Shown piece by piece: positions 46,990 through 55,487 of a stretch of DNA of 64,000 nt. The translations under genes and the position numbers were made by a program. The stretch spans positions 22,351 through 86,350 of the forward strand of contig JBPOIK010000053.1 in assembly GCA_052034525.1 (NCBI GenBank). Reading direction: 5' to 3'. Below the pieces are notes generated by a model. That model saw only the letters and a list, made by a program, of their open reading frames with translations. It did not search any database and was not told where the DNA came from. This stretch comes from Planctomycetota bacterium. Its GTDB lineage: Bacteria > Planctomycetota > Phycisphaerae > UBA1845. Position 1 is the stretch's first letter, and the number at the start of each line of letters is the position of its first letter.

Positions 46990-49632
46990 TTACCGGTCCT
47001 CGCCCTCTCCGGGCTCGATCCACGGCGGCCAGGCGGGGTCGGCGTGCAGCCGCGCCTGAAGAACCTCGGCGAATCGGTAGTGGATGAACACGAACACCCC
47101 CGTGCCTTTGCACGCCTGCAGCGCCAATCGGGCCTCGGACCGTCGCCCCAGGCCAAGCTCGCGCAGGGCGATCAGCAACGTCATCGCGCAGCGCACGCCG
47201 GGCGTCACCCGCGGCAGATCCAGCAGCGCGGTCGCGTGCATCCGACCGCTCAGGTACTCCAGGCACGGGCGGGTGAACGGATCGTCGGTTGGATCGGGTT
47301 GGGCGTCGTCCAGCCGCTGCCGCACCGCGTCCAGCGCCGCCAGCGCGGCGGCGGAGTCCCCCAGCAGCTCGGCCACCCCCGCCGCAATCAGGATGGCGGT
47401 GGTGTTCGTCTGGTGCTGTCGCAGGGTTTCGCGGCAGACCGTGCGGGCCTCATCGAGTCGGCCAACCTCCGCCAGCAGGATGGCCCGCTGCAGGGCCAGC
47501 GGGAAGAAGCTCGGCATGTCCGCACAGGCCGGCGTGATTTCCGCCAGGGCCGTCTGCAGGTCGCCCGCCTCGTGCAGGGCGATGACGCGGTGGTGGACGA
47601 ATCCGGGGTGTTCGGTGCCGGCGGCGGCACGGTCGAGTTCAATGGCGCGGGAGAGGTCTTCCGCGGCGCCCGCGTAATCGCCGACATAACGCCGCAAAAT
47701 GCCTCGACGGCCGTAAACGTCGGCCAGGCGATCGCCGCCGATCTCCAGCGCGCGGTCCAGGTCCTCGCTGCAATGAGCCAGCCATTTGGCCGGATACTCG
47801 CGCAGGTCCGGCTGCGTCGCGGCGTATGCGGCGGCGAACAGGTAGCCGGTGGCCCGCGCGGCATAGGCGCGGGCGGACTTGGGGCGGAAGATCACCCACG
47901 CGTCGAAGTCGTCCAGCATCGGCTGGAGAGCCGCTCGATCGCCCTCGATCAGCAGTCGATGGCGGCGGAAGGTGGCTCGTGCTTCGATGGCCGGCGTGAA
48001 ATCCGGCTGGATATCCAGCGCCCGGTCGTAGCAGGCGACGGGGTCCGCTCCGTCCAGATGCGTGAAAGCGTGGCCGCGGAGCAGCCAGCCCAGAGCGGTC
48101 TGAATGTGAGACTCGTCGTGCCGACGCAGAAAGCGCATGGCGTTCACGTCGTCGGTCATCTCGAAGTAGGCATAGGCCAGGCCCTGGCACGCTTCGACGT
48201 TGTTCGGGCTGCGGCGCAGGGCCTCGGTGAGCGGTTCGATGGCGCGCTGCGGCTGCGCCGTCAGCAGGGGAATCAGCCCGCGATAGAGGTACAGCTCCGC
48301 CGTACGCACGCCCAGGGCGTCGGCACGATCCAGGTGCTTCGCGGCCGCGGACGGGTTGAAGTCCAGGAGCATGGCCGCCAATCCGTCCTGAAGACTGCGC
48401 CGGCCTTCCGCCCGCCGCATCTGTGTGCGAAGCACGATCGTTGTCGTCAGCAGGGCCGCCATTACGAGGACTGCCGCAACGCGAACACGATGCCGCCGCA
48501 CGAAGCGGCCGATCCTCACGTGCAACGGCGTGCGGCGGGCCAGGATCGGTTCGCCGACCAGGAACCGTCGGCAGTCTTCCGCCACGTCGGCCGCCCGGGC
48601 GTAGCGATGGTCGGGATTCTTCCGCATGCACTTGCCGATGATGGTCTCCAGGTCGCGCGGAATGCCCGGTTGGACCTGGCCGAGCGGCTTCGGATCGGAA
48701 AACGCGATGCGGGTCAGAACGGCCTCGCGCGAGTCTCCGTCAAACGCCGGCCGCAGGGCGAGCAGTTCGTACAGGGTGGCCCCGAGCGAGTAGATGTCGG
48801 TGCGCCCGTCCAGTTGGGCGCGGCCGCCGCGGGCCTGCTCCGGCGACATGTATCGCGCGGTGCCGATGACGTCGCCGGAAAGGGTGATGGTCAATCGGGC
48901 GTCCGCCCGGGCCAGGCCGAAGTCGGTGATCCAGACATTGTCGCGTGCGTCGAGCAGGAGGTTTGACGGCTTCACGTCGCGGTGGATGATGCCCTCGCGA
49001 TGGGCGTATTCCAGGGCGTCGGCCACCTGCCGGCCCCAGCGGGCGACGCGGCGGCAATAGTCGTGCCCGGGCCGCGTCCCTTCGGCGGCCAGACGTCGCA
49101 GATGATCCGCGAGCGACCGGCCCTCGATGTACTGCATCACGTAGAACCGGACGCCCTGTTCCTCTCCGACCGCGTGCACGGGCACGATGTTGGTGTGGTG
49201 CAGCCGGCCGGCTGTCTCGGCCTCGCGAAGGAATCGTTCCGGAGCGTTCGGCGAAAGCAGGGCGCCGGGCGGAAGAACCTTCAGCGCCACGCGGCGGTGC
49301 AGCGAGGTCTGCACGGCCTCGTAGACCACGCCCATGCCGCCCCGGCCGATCTCCCGCACGATGCGGTACTCGCCGAGCATGTGGCCGGACTCAAGCTTGC
49401 CCGCGTTCAGCGAACGGCTGGTAGCCTCGACGAACTCGAGGGTTTTGAAGACGCCGCGCAGCGCGTCGGCCAGGGACGGGTGTTCGCGGATGTACCGCTC
49501 CGGGTCCGGGCTGCCGCCCCGGGCCAGCTCCTCCAGGTATTCGTCCAGCACGGTCTCCAACGAGTCGCCGGGAACCGCCGCCGAGGGCGGGTCGGTCTGG
49601 GACGCATTCGGATCGGAAGGATCAGATGGCAT
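46990..49632 (-). CDS. Ser/Thr protein kinase with a C-terminal TPR repeat region.
   Basis: 'GRGGMGVVYEA', 'VALK', 'HRDVKPSNLLL' and 'DFGLAR', then a TM segment and TPR-like repeats. Its start overlaps the ECF sigma stop. Confidence 0.9.
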   Translation of the reverse strand: MPSDPSDPNASQTDPPSAAVPGDSLETVLDEYLEELARGGSPDPERYIREHPSLADALRGVFKTLEFVEATSRSLNAGKLESGHMLGEYRIVREIGRGGMGVVYEAVQTSLHRRVALKVLPPGALLSPNAPERFLREAETAGRLHHTNIVPVHAVGEEQGVRFYVMQYIEGRSLADHLRRLAAEGTRPGHDYCRRVARWGRQVADALEYAHREGIIHRDVKPSNLLLDARDNVWITDFGLARADARLTITLSGDVIGTARYMSPEQARGGRAQLDGRTDIYSLGATLYELLALRPAFDGDSREAVLTRIAFSDPKPLGQVQPGIPRDLETIIGKCMRKNPDHRYARAADVAEDCRRFLVGEPILARRTPLHVRIGRFVRRHRVRVAAVLVMAALLTTTIVLRTQMRRAEGRRSLQDGLAAMLLDFNPSAAAKHLDRADALGVRTAELYLYRGLIPLLTAQPQRAIEPLTEALRRSPNNVEACQGLAYAYFEMTDDVNAMRFLRRHDESHIQTALGWLLRGHAFTHLDGADPVACYDRALDIQPDFTPAIEARATFRRHRLLIEGDRAALQPMLDDFDAWVIFRPKSARAYAARATGYLFAAAYAATQPDLREYPAKWLAHCSEDLDRALEIGGDRLADVYGRRGILRRYVGDYAGAAEDLSRAIELDRAAAGTEHPGFVHHRVIALHEAGDLQTALAEITPACADMPSFFPLALQRAILLAEVGRLDEARTVCRETLRQHQTNTTAILIAAGVAELLGDSAAALAALDAVRQRLDDAQPDPTDDPFTRPCLEYLSGRMHATALLDLPRVTPGVRCAMTLLIALRELGLGRRSEARLALQACKGTGVFVFIHYRFAEVLQARLHADPAWPPWIEPGEGEDR

Positions 49633-50236
49633 CGCCCAGCAGCTCCCGCAGACGGATCAGCGCCCGCACGCACAGACTGCGCACGGCACGCTCCGACCGG
49701 TCCATCTTCGCGGCTGCTTCGGCGACATTCAACTGATGGAAATACCGCAGCGAAATGGCTTCGCGCTGATCGGCACTGAGCCGATCGAGGGCCCGCTTGA
49801 GCAGACGCTCCCGTTCGGCCAGATCCACAACCTGACTGGGGCTGGCGGACGTGGCGGCCAGGGCCTCGAACAGGCGGGTCATGGACGCGTCGCCGCCCAG
49901 ATCGCCGGCACGCACTTCACGCCCGCGTTTGAGCGTCTGAAACGCCCGCCGGTCCGCGTCGCAGATGCGATGAACGGCGATCCGGCGCAACCACGCGAAG
50001 AAACTGTCATGCCCGCGGTCAACGAACTGATCGATGCTGCCCAAAGCATCCAGGTAAACCTGCTGCATGATGTCCTGCGACTCCAGCCGCTGACGGAGTT
50101 TGTCGCCCAGCTCCGCCCGGACAGACTCCAGAAGTCGCCGGCTGTGGATTTCCAGCAGTTGGCTCATGGCGGATTCATCCCGGGCCCGGGCTCGGTCGAT
50201 CAGGCAACGAAGCTCGCATGAATCGTCGGTCGCCAC
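49622..50236 (-). CDS. ECF-type RNA polymerase sigma factor.
   Basis: Sigma-2 and sigma-4 regions ('SLRYFHQLNVAEAAAKMDRSERAVRSL'). It is overlapped by the downstream kinase gene. Confidence 0.9.
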   Translation of the reverse strand: MATDDSCELRCLIDRARARDESAMSQLLEIHSRRLLESVRAELGDKLRQRLESQDIMQQVYLDALGSIDQFVDRGHDSFFAWLRRIAVHRICDADRRAFQTLKRGREVRAGDLGGDASMTRLFEALAATSASPSQVVDLAERERLLKRALDRLSADQREAISLRYFHQLNVAEAAAKMDRSERAVRSLCVRALIRLRELLGDAI

Positions 50237-50405
50237 AATGGCACCTCCTGCTTCTTCAGCGGCTTGCCGGTGACCGCGCTTCGGAGCCGATGGCTTGACC
50301 GACGGCTCGCCGCCGTCGACTGCCCGGGCGGCCTGCCAGACAAAGGGCCGGGTGGGGTGTTCGCCCCGGCCCGGCCCTGGTTTCCGTCTGGTTGGACGCG
50401 GCCCT

Positions 50406-50744
50406 CTACCGTCCGCGCGACCGGTAGCAGTCGCGGCAGTACACCGGCCGACCGCTCGTGGGCTTGAACGGCACAGTCGTCACCGCGCCGCACTCCGCGC
50501 ACGTGACCTCATACGATTCACGCTGCGGACGGCCAAAGCCGCTCCGACCGCCGCCGCCACCACCGCCACCGCCCGAGCGGCCACCGCCGCCACCGCCTTG
50601 CGTTTTGCGCTTCTCGCGGCACTGACGGCACCGCTTCGGCTCATTGGTGAAGCCGCGTTCCGCATACCGCTGCTGGTCTGCCGCCGAGTGAACAAACTCC
50701 GCGCCGCAGTCCGCGCACACAATCACCTTGTCTTCGTACGACAC
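50406..50744 (-). CDS. Double zinc-ribbon protein with a central Gly/Arg-rich (RGG-like) linker.
   Basis: CxxC-x25-CxxC ribbons flank 'GGGGGGRSGGGGGGGGGRSGFGR'. GTG start at 50744 with AAGGGAGG upstream. Confidence 0.7.
   Translation of the reverse strand: MSYEDKVIVCADCGAEFVHSAADQQRYAERGFTNEPKRCRQCREKRKTQGGGGGGRSGGGGGGGGGRSGFGRPQRESYEVTCAECGAVTTVPFKPTSGRPVYCRDCYRSRGR
50543..50598. repeat. Simple-sequence (GCC/ACC)n tract encoding the poly-Gly linker.
   Basis: ccgccgccgccaccaccgccaccgcc...gccaccgccgccaccgcc, seen directly in the sequence. Confidence 0.8.
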
Positions 50745-50933
50745 GCCTGGATCCTCCCTTTGGATGGGCCATACACCGGCCCCGGACCGTGCGGAATGCC
50801 CGATGGGAAAGGAAGCGAGAAGTGGGACGGTCCTGTTTGAGGAGGATCGGCCATGCTCCTGCGATGACCCTTTTTACCCGGGCGACCCGCATATACCTGT
50901 TGGCCCTCAATCCGCTATTACGGGCCCCAGCGC

Positions 50934-50962
50934 AGTATCCACGAGCGGCTTGCCCCGGTCAA
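50934..50962 (-). promoter_or_regulatory. Candidate sigma70-like promoter on the minus strand upstream of the zinc-ribbon gene.
   Basis: -35 TTGACC (complement of 50957-50962), 17-nt spacer, -10 GATACT (complement of 50934-50939). Confidence 0.25.
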
Positions 50963-51272
50963 TAGAGTGCCGAAGCCCCTTCTTCCACCGCGATTTGCAT
51001 ATAATCGATAGCATGTGGCATATTATGAACCGAGATTTCCGCAAATCTCCGGTTCTGAGCGCTCGATCGGGCTTGGCTCATGCGGCATGTCTGGCATAAA
51101 AGCAACCGGGAGCGTGGGCCGGAATAACCTCATGAAACCGCCAGACGATTGTGCGGGATCTCGGCATGAGAAAACGGCTGGTGAGGGATGGAGGACGACG
51201 ACCAAAGCAAGGGCGGGCGATACGGGAACGCGCACCTCGTTCCACCTCCCTCCGCGACCCAACAGCATCTCG

Positions 51273-51605
51273 TCAATCGAGGCGGACCACCACGCGGGAA
51301 ATGAGATTCCGCAATTCGTCCAGATCCCGACGGACGGCTTCCAGATCGCCGGAGACGCTGTCCCGTTCCATCTGGGCGGCCAACTCGGAGAGAATTGCGT
51401 ATCCGTGTCCGCCGCCGCTGCCTTTGAGCCGGTGGGCGGCCGTCTGGAGAGCCTGGATATCCCCGGCGGCCAGAGCTTGCTCCATGGATTCCAGCCGCTG
51501 ACCGAGGCCGGCGACGAACTCATGCACGATCTTCTCAAAGGACGCATCCTCCCGCACCAGGTCGGAGGGAATGGGATCGTCCGGTCTTCTGCTCTCGTCC
51601 GTCAC
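51273..51605 (-). CDS. Stand-alone histidine phosphotransfer (Hpt) domain protein.
   Basis: 'ALQTAAHRLKGSGGGHGYAILSELA' matches the HxxKG phosphotransfer motif. GTG start at 51605 with GGAGG 7 nt upstream; the track start at 51818 is probably too long. Confidence 0.65.
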   Translation of the reverse strand: MTDESRRPDDPIPSDLVREDASFEKIVHEFVAGLGQRLESMEQALAAGDIQALQTAAHRLKGSGGGHGYAILSELAAQMERDSVSGDLEAVRRDLDELRNLISRVVVRLD

Positions 51606-51923
51606 AGCGCATCCTCCAGCACGGGCTCTACGCGAGATTATCGACACATTCGCACGCCCGCTTGCCTTCCCACTGCTCGCTCGTAGAACAGGGCACCCCT
51701 CGCCGTGCGCGCCGCACCCGGCGCGGAACAGATCCGCCATGCCCCTTTCGAGGCACGCGGGAGGCGAGTACGATCTCCCGGCCAGGAGTCCGGGAGGGAC
51801 GGACCCCGCCGTCCGCACTGGATGGATTGGCCGGAAAACGGACTCCCGTCAGGCTGATTATCGGCCGGATACGGCTTGAGACACGGTTGGTCAGCGGTCG
51901 AGCGTAAGACAGGAATTCCCGCC

Positions 51924-52928
51924 ATGACGCTCAGCGGCATCACAATCGAGTCCGGCGACGGCGGCGGAGAGTCGCTGGCGGCGGCGCTACAGGCCGTGTT
52001 GCGCTGGGGCGGATTGGAGCTGGATGAATACACCCTCAGCGCAATTCTGGGACTGTCCTTTCTGGTGGCCGTTCCGCGCGACGGCGAAACACCCGAAGGG
52101 GGTGAGACGCTGGCCCGGGACTGGAATCTGCCGGCGGCGGCCCGACTGGTCGGCCTGGAGCTGCGGCCGCTCCATCCTCCGGAGGCGGCCTGCGGACTGG
52201 CGGACGTGGAGGCGTTTGCCGGGCATTTTCTGGACAGCTACGTGCCGCTGATCCGCGATGCGCTGAACCACGGCCAGCCCGTTCTGGCCTGGCAGGGCTG
52301 GCCGGAGGACTTGGCCCGACAATGGGGAATCATCACCGCGTCGGGCCGCGAGGGCTTGGGCCTGTCGGGCGTGGTGCTGCGTGGCGAAGGAGACGTTCTG
52401 CCGCTGACCGCGCCGGCCGTGCAGTGCTACGTGGTGGAGTCCGCCTCGGGCGTGCGGGAGCCTCCTGTGGTGGAAGCGGTCCGATTCGCCGTCGAGGCGG
52501 CGGAGACGGCGATGTTCGATCGCATCGATCCCGGTTTTGGCGTAGTGTCGGGGCCTGCGGCGTACGAGGCATGGTCGGCGTGGCTGCGGCGGACGGACCC
52601 GCCCATCCGCGATACCCGGGCGGCGGCGATTCTGGTAGCCCGCCTGGCCCGCACGGTGACCAACGCCCGGCGGTTGGCCCAAGGATACCTGGAACTCTGC
52701 CGCGATCGGCTGGATGTCCGGGTCCATCCGGCCCTGGATGAAATCGTGGAGCGGTTACGATCGCCCATCGCGATCCTGTCGGTACACCGGGTGATCACGG
52801 GCAATGAAGAGTTGATTCGCTCGGCGTCCGGTCGTGAAATGCTGGCGGAGGACATTCGGGCCGCCCAACAGGCGGAGCGGGCGGTCGCCGACGCGTTGCG
52901 GCTCTTCCGGGCGGAGTTGGGCTCGTGA
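51924..52928 (+). CDS. Hypothetical protein.
   Basis: 335-aa ORF with native composition. A single conserved-looking Cys lies in 'EAACGLADVEAF'. The family is unknown. Confidence 0.5.
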   Translation: MTLSGITIESGDGGGESLAAALQAVLRWGGLELDEYTLSAILGLSFLVAVPRDGETPEGGETLARDWNLPAAARLVGLELRPLHPPEAACGLADVEAFAGHFLDSYVPLIRDALNHGQPVLAWQGWPEDLARQWGIITASGREGLGLSGVVLRGEGDVLPLTAPAVQCYVVESASGVREPPVVEAVRFAVEAAETAMFDRIDPGFGVVSGPAAYEAWSAWLRRTDPPIRDTRAAAILVARLARTVTNARRLAQGYLELCRDRLDVRVHPALDEIVERLRSPIAILSVHRVITGNEELIRSASGREMLAEDIRAAQQAERAVADALRLFRAELGS

Positions 52929-53147
52929 CGAGGCCGATGCGGCACCCCGTCGCGCCCGACCAAAGAAAAAGCCAGCAGTCCACGATTCGTCTTTTCATGC
53001 ACGATGGCAAATGACGTTTGAGAGAATCGTGAATCCCGCTGGCTGATGGTAGTATCGGCGGACGCCGGAATGAACTTGAGCCGGTTCGCGTAGACTCTGT
53101 TACGCCGTGCGTGCGGTCCGGACCGTGCGAGAAGAAGAGGGCGCGCC

Positions 53148-53792
53148 ATGTGGATTCGAGCTGGACGGTACGGGTGGACGGTGGTGCTGGCGGCGGCCGT
53201 CAGCGGGTGTGCGACAACGAACGATCCGTCGCGAGTGGCTCCGAGCCCATTCCCGCGGCAACCGATTACCGAAATGAGCCCACCGCAGGCGCTGGCCGGA
53301 CTGCCGGGCGTGTATCTCTACGTGTACCTGCCGGACAACCTGCTGGCCGTGGGCCTGCGCACAGAGCCGATCGCGGCGGAGGTGCGCACGCGACTGGCGC
53401 AATGGGGCATACGCGAGCTCAGCCACGCCCAGATGCTCGAGCTTGCCGCGATGCCGTCGCTGGACATCAACATCAACGGAGTGGTGGACGCATCCGGAGA
53501 CGGCGTGTTGTTCAACGTGCGGGTCAGCCTTTCGGAAAAAGTGCGGCTGCTGCGCAGCCCGTGGGCCGTCGTGAACACGCGCATGTGGGACGCCGCCACC
53601 GTAGGTCAGGCGCCGTTGAACCGGCTGGAAGAAGTCTATTCCGTCGCCTGCGACACCGTGGACCTCTTCATCGCTGATTACCTTGCCGCCAACGGCCGGC
53701 CGGTCATGGTTGCGGAACGCAACGGGCAGGCCCACCCCGCCCCGACGCTGCCGGCAACGCGGACGTCGCCGGACAAACGCGGCGGATTCTGA
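53148..53792 (+). CDS. Hypothetical lipoprotein.
   Basis: Signal peptide with lipobox 'AAVSGC'. SD GAAGAGGG upstream. Confidence 0.6.
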   Translation: MWIRAGRYGWTVVLAAAVSGCATTNDPSRVAPSPFPRQPITEMSPPQALAGLPGVYLYVYLPDNLLAVGLRTEPIAAEVRTRLAQWGIRELSHAQMLELAAMPSLDININGVVDASGDGVLFNVRVSLSEKVRLLRSPWAVVNTRMWDAATVGQAPLNRLEEVYSVACDTVDLFIADYLAANGRPVMVAERNGQAHPAPTLPATRTSPDKRGGF

Positions 53793-53909
53793 CGCACCGC
53801 GCGACGATCTGCATCCGGCGGGAAAAAAGGAGCATTTGAAGGGTTGCCGGTCTCGGATACGGCCAGTAGACTTCCGACTTTTGCAGTCGTTTTTCGGGAG
53901 AAACAGTCT

Positions 53910-53993
53910 ATGTGCATTACCTGTCTTCTGTACCCGTTGCTGGCCATCTTCGCCGCGTTTTTCGGCTTGTTCGGGATCAACCTTGGGGTTTAG
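53910..53993 (+). CDS. 27-aa hydrophobic micro-ORF (MCITCLLYPLLAIFAAFFGLFGINLGV).
   Basis: GGGAGA 8 nt upstream. A perfect 7-bp hairpin GCTCTGC-TTG-GCAGAGC follows 15 nt after the stop. Confidence 0.2.
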   Translation: MCITCLLYPLLAIFAAFFGLFGINLGV

Positions 53994-54106
53994 GAAAACC
54001 ACGGCTCTGCTTGGCAGAGCATGCGATCACGAACACCGGCGCTGCCGGATCGGCCAGACCAGACTCGCTTGTGGGCTGCAGCCCGGGCGGTCTGTGGAAC
54101 GGACGT

Positions 54107-54150
54107 GAAGCGGGGGCGGACCGTCACCGGACGATCCCGCCCCCGCTTTC
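54107..54150. terminator. GC-rich hairpin downstream of the Cys-rich gene (minus strand) and of the micro-ORF (plus strand).
   Basis: 14-bp stem GAAGCGGGGGCGGA ... CCGCCCCCGCTTTC with a 17-nt loop. Confidence 0.45.
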
Positions 54151-54182
54151 ATTCCCGGTTGATGCCGTGCGGACGCGCGGTT

Positions 54183-55187
54183 TTACGACGCGACCGTCGC
54201 CGCCGCCGTCACGATCGTCTTGATCTTCTGCATCGCGGTGATGATGCTCTCCGGCGAGCAGCACGTTACCGGCCGGTCTTTGCAAGCCTCTTGACAGGCT
54301 TCCGAGCACGCGCATTCGGACTTCGCCGACCCGCACTTCGCTTGACCGGCACAGCCCGGCTTGCCCTCGGCGGATGCCGTCTGGGCCTTCAGGTTCTCGG
54401 AACCGCAGCCACACTTGCCTTCACACTTGCCGGCGCACTTGCCTTCACACTTGCCATCGCACTTGCCGGCGCACTTGCCTTCACACGGTCCGGAGCAACC
54501 GGCTTTGCCTTCATGCGATGCCGTCTTGGCCCGGCCAGCGCAATCGGACGCACAACCGGCCTTGCCTTCCGCCGACGCGGTCTGGGCCTTGCCGCATGTG
54601 GACGCGCAGTTGCCGTCGGCCTTCTTGGCCGTGCACGACGCCGAGCAGCCCGCCTGGCCGGTCGCCTTGCCTTCAGCCAGCGCTACCAGCGCATCCGAAA
54701 CCACCTGAGCGGCCTTGTCCGCCTCCTCCTGTGTTTCGAACGTGTAGCCGGCCACGGAGTACTTCAACGCCGCGCCATTGGCCGCCCGGGCCGCCTCGCC
54801 GAAGCTGGCATAGCAATTCTCACCCGCCACATAACGGACGCTTGCCAGCCGGGCCGCCGTGCTCTCCAACTGCTCCACCACGCGGGCGATTGCAGCGTCC
54901 TCGGTCCCGAAGGTCTCCTCGCCGACCGCATAGACGATCGGACTGCCCGTCTCCTGTGACTTCTTCGTCGCCTGCACCCTGCAACGGGTCGTGAAATCGC
55001 CGACGTGGTACGTCAGTCGGGGCAGTTCCTTGACCAGCTTGGTCAAAGCAGCCGGACAGCCGCTGCCATCACAGCCTTGCTTCGTCCCACACGCCGCTTT
55101 CGATCCGCAGTTCGGTCCGGCCTGTACCGCCGACGCCGCAACCGTAAACACCAGCGCCAGCCCAAAAACAAACAAACCCTTTCTCAT
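54183..55187 (-). CDS. Secreted cysteine-rich repeat protein, metallothionein-like.
   Basis: Signal peptide 'VFGLALVFTVAASAVQA'. About 40 Cys, including 'GKCAGKCDGKCEGKCAGKCEGKCGCG' and three spaced 'TASAEGKAGC' repeats. Confidence 0.7.
   Translation of the reverse strand: MRKGLFVFGLALVFTVAASAVQAGPNCGSKAACGTKQGCDGSGCPAALTKLVKELPRLTYHVGDFTTRCRVQATKKSQETGSPIVYAVGEETFGTEDAAIARVVEQLESTAARLASVRYVAGENCYASFGEAARAANGAALKYSVAGYTFETQEEADKAAQVVSDALVALAEGKATGQAGCSASCTAKKADGNCASTCGKAQTASAEGKAGCASDCAGRAKTASHEGKAGCSGPCEGKCAGKCDGKCEGKCAGKCEGKCGCGSENLKAQTASAEGKPGCAGQAKCGSAKSECACSEACQEACKDRPVTCCSPESIITAMQKIKTIVTAAATVAS
54403..54490. repeat. In-frame tandem repeat of about 12 nt (CACTTGCCnnnn)n inside the Cys-rich gene.
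   Basis: cacttgccttcacacttgccggcgcacttgccttcacacttgccatcgcacttgccggcgcacttgcc, which encodes the (GKCx)n repeat. Confidence 0.7.
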
Positions 55188-55487
55188 GCTGAATACTCCT
55201 TCCTCTTGAAACGGTCAGTTCTGCCCGATACGGCCCTGTCCCCCGCGGGACACCTTCCTCCGCCGCAAACGACGCGGAGAAAGGAAACAACATTCGGACG
55301 CGTCAGTCGGTTCCATCTTATTCGCTTGAACGACCCGAATCCGATTTTCCTGCGTAATTTGTTTTTGTTCGGAAACGCATATGTCACCCTCTTGAGACAT
55401 CCACAGACGGGCAGTGGACGGGACGTATGCCGCACGCCCGTCGTGTATCAAACACGATGCGCGCCTGAACGGATTGGAAGGTGTGGA

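Noticed and set aside
46543-48966. 807-aa ORF on the plus strand.
   Set aside because: It is antisense to the Ser/Thr kinase gene, Arg/Gly/Pro-rich with no motifs. This is a typical GC-rich antisense artefact.
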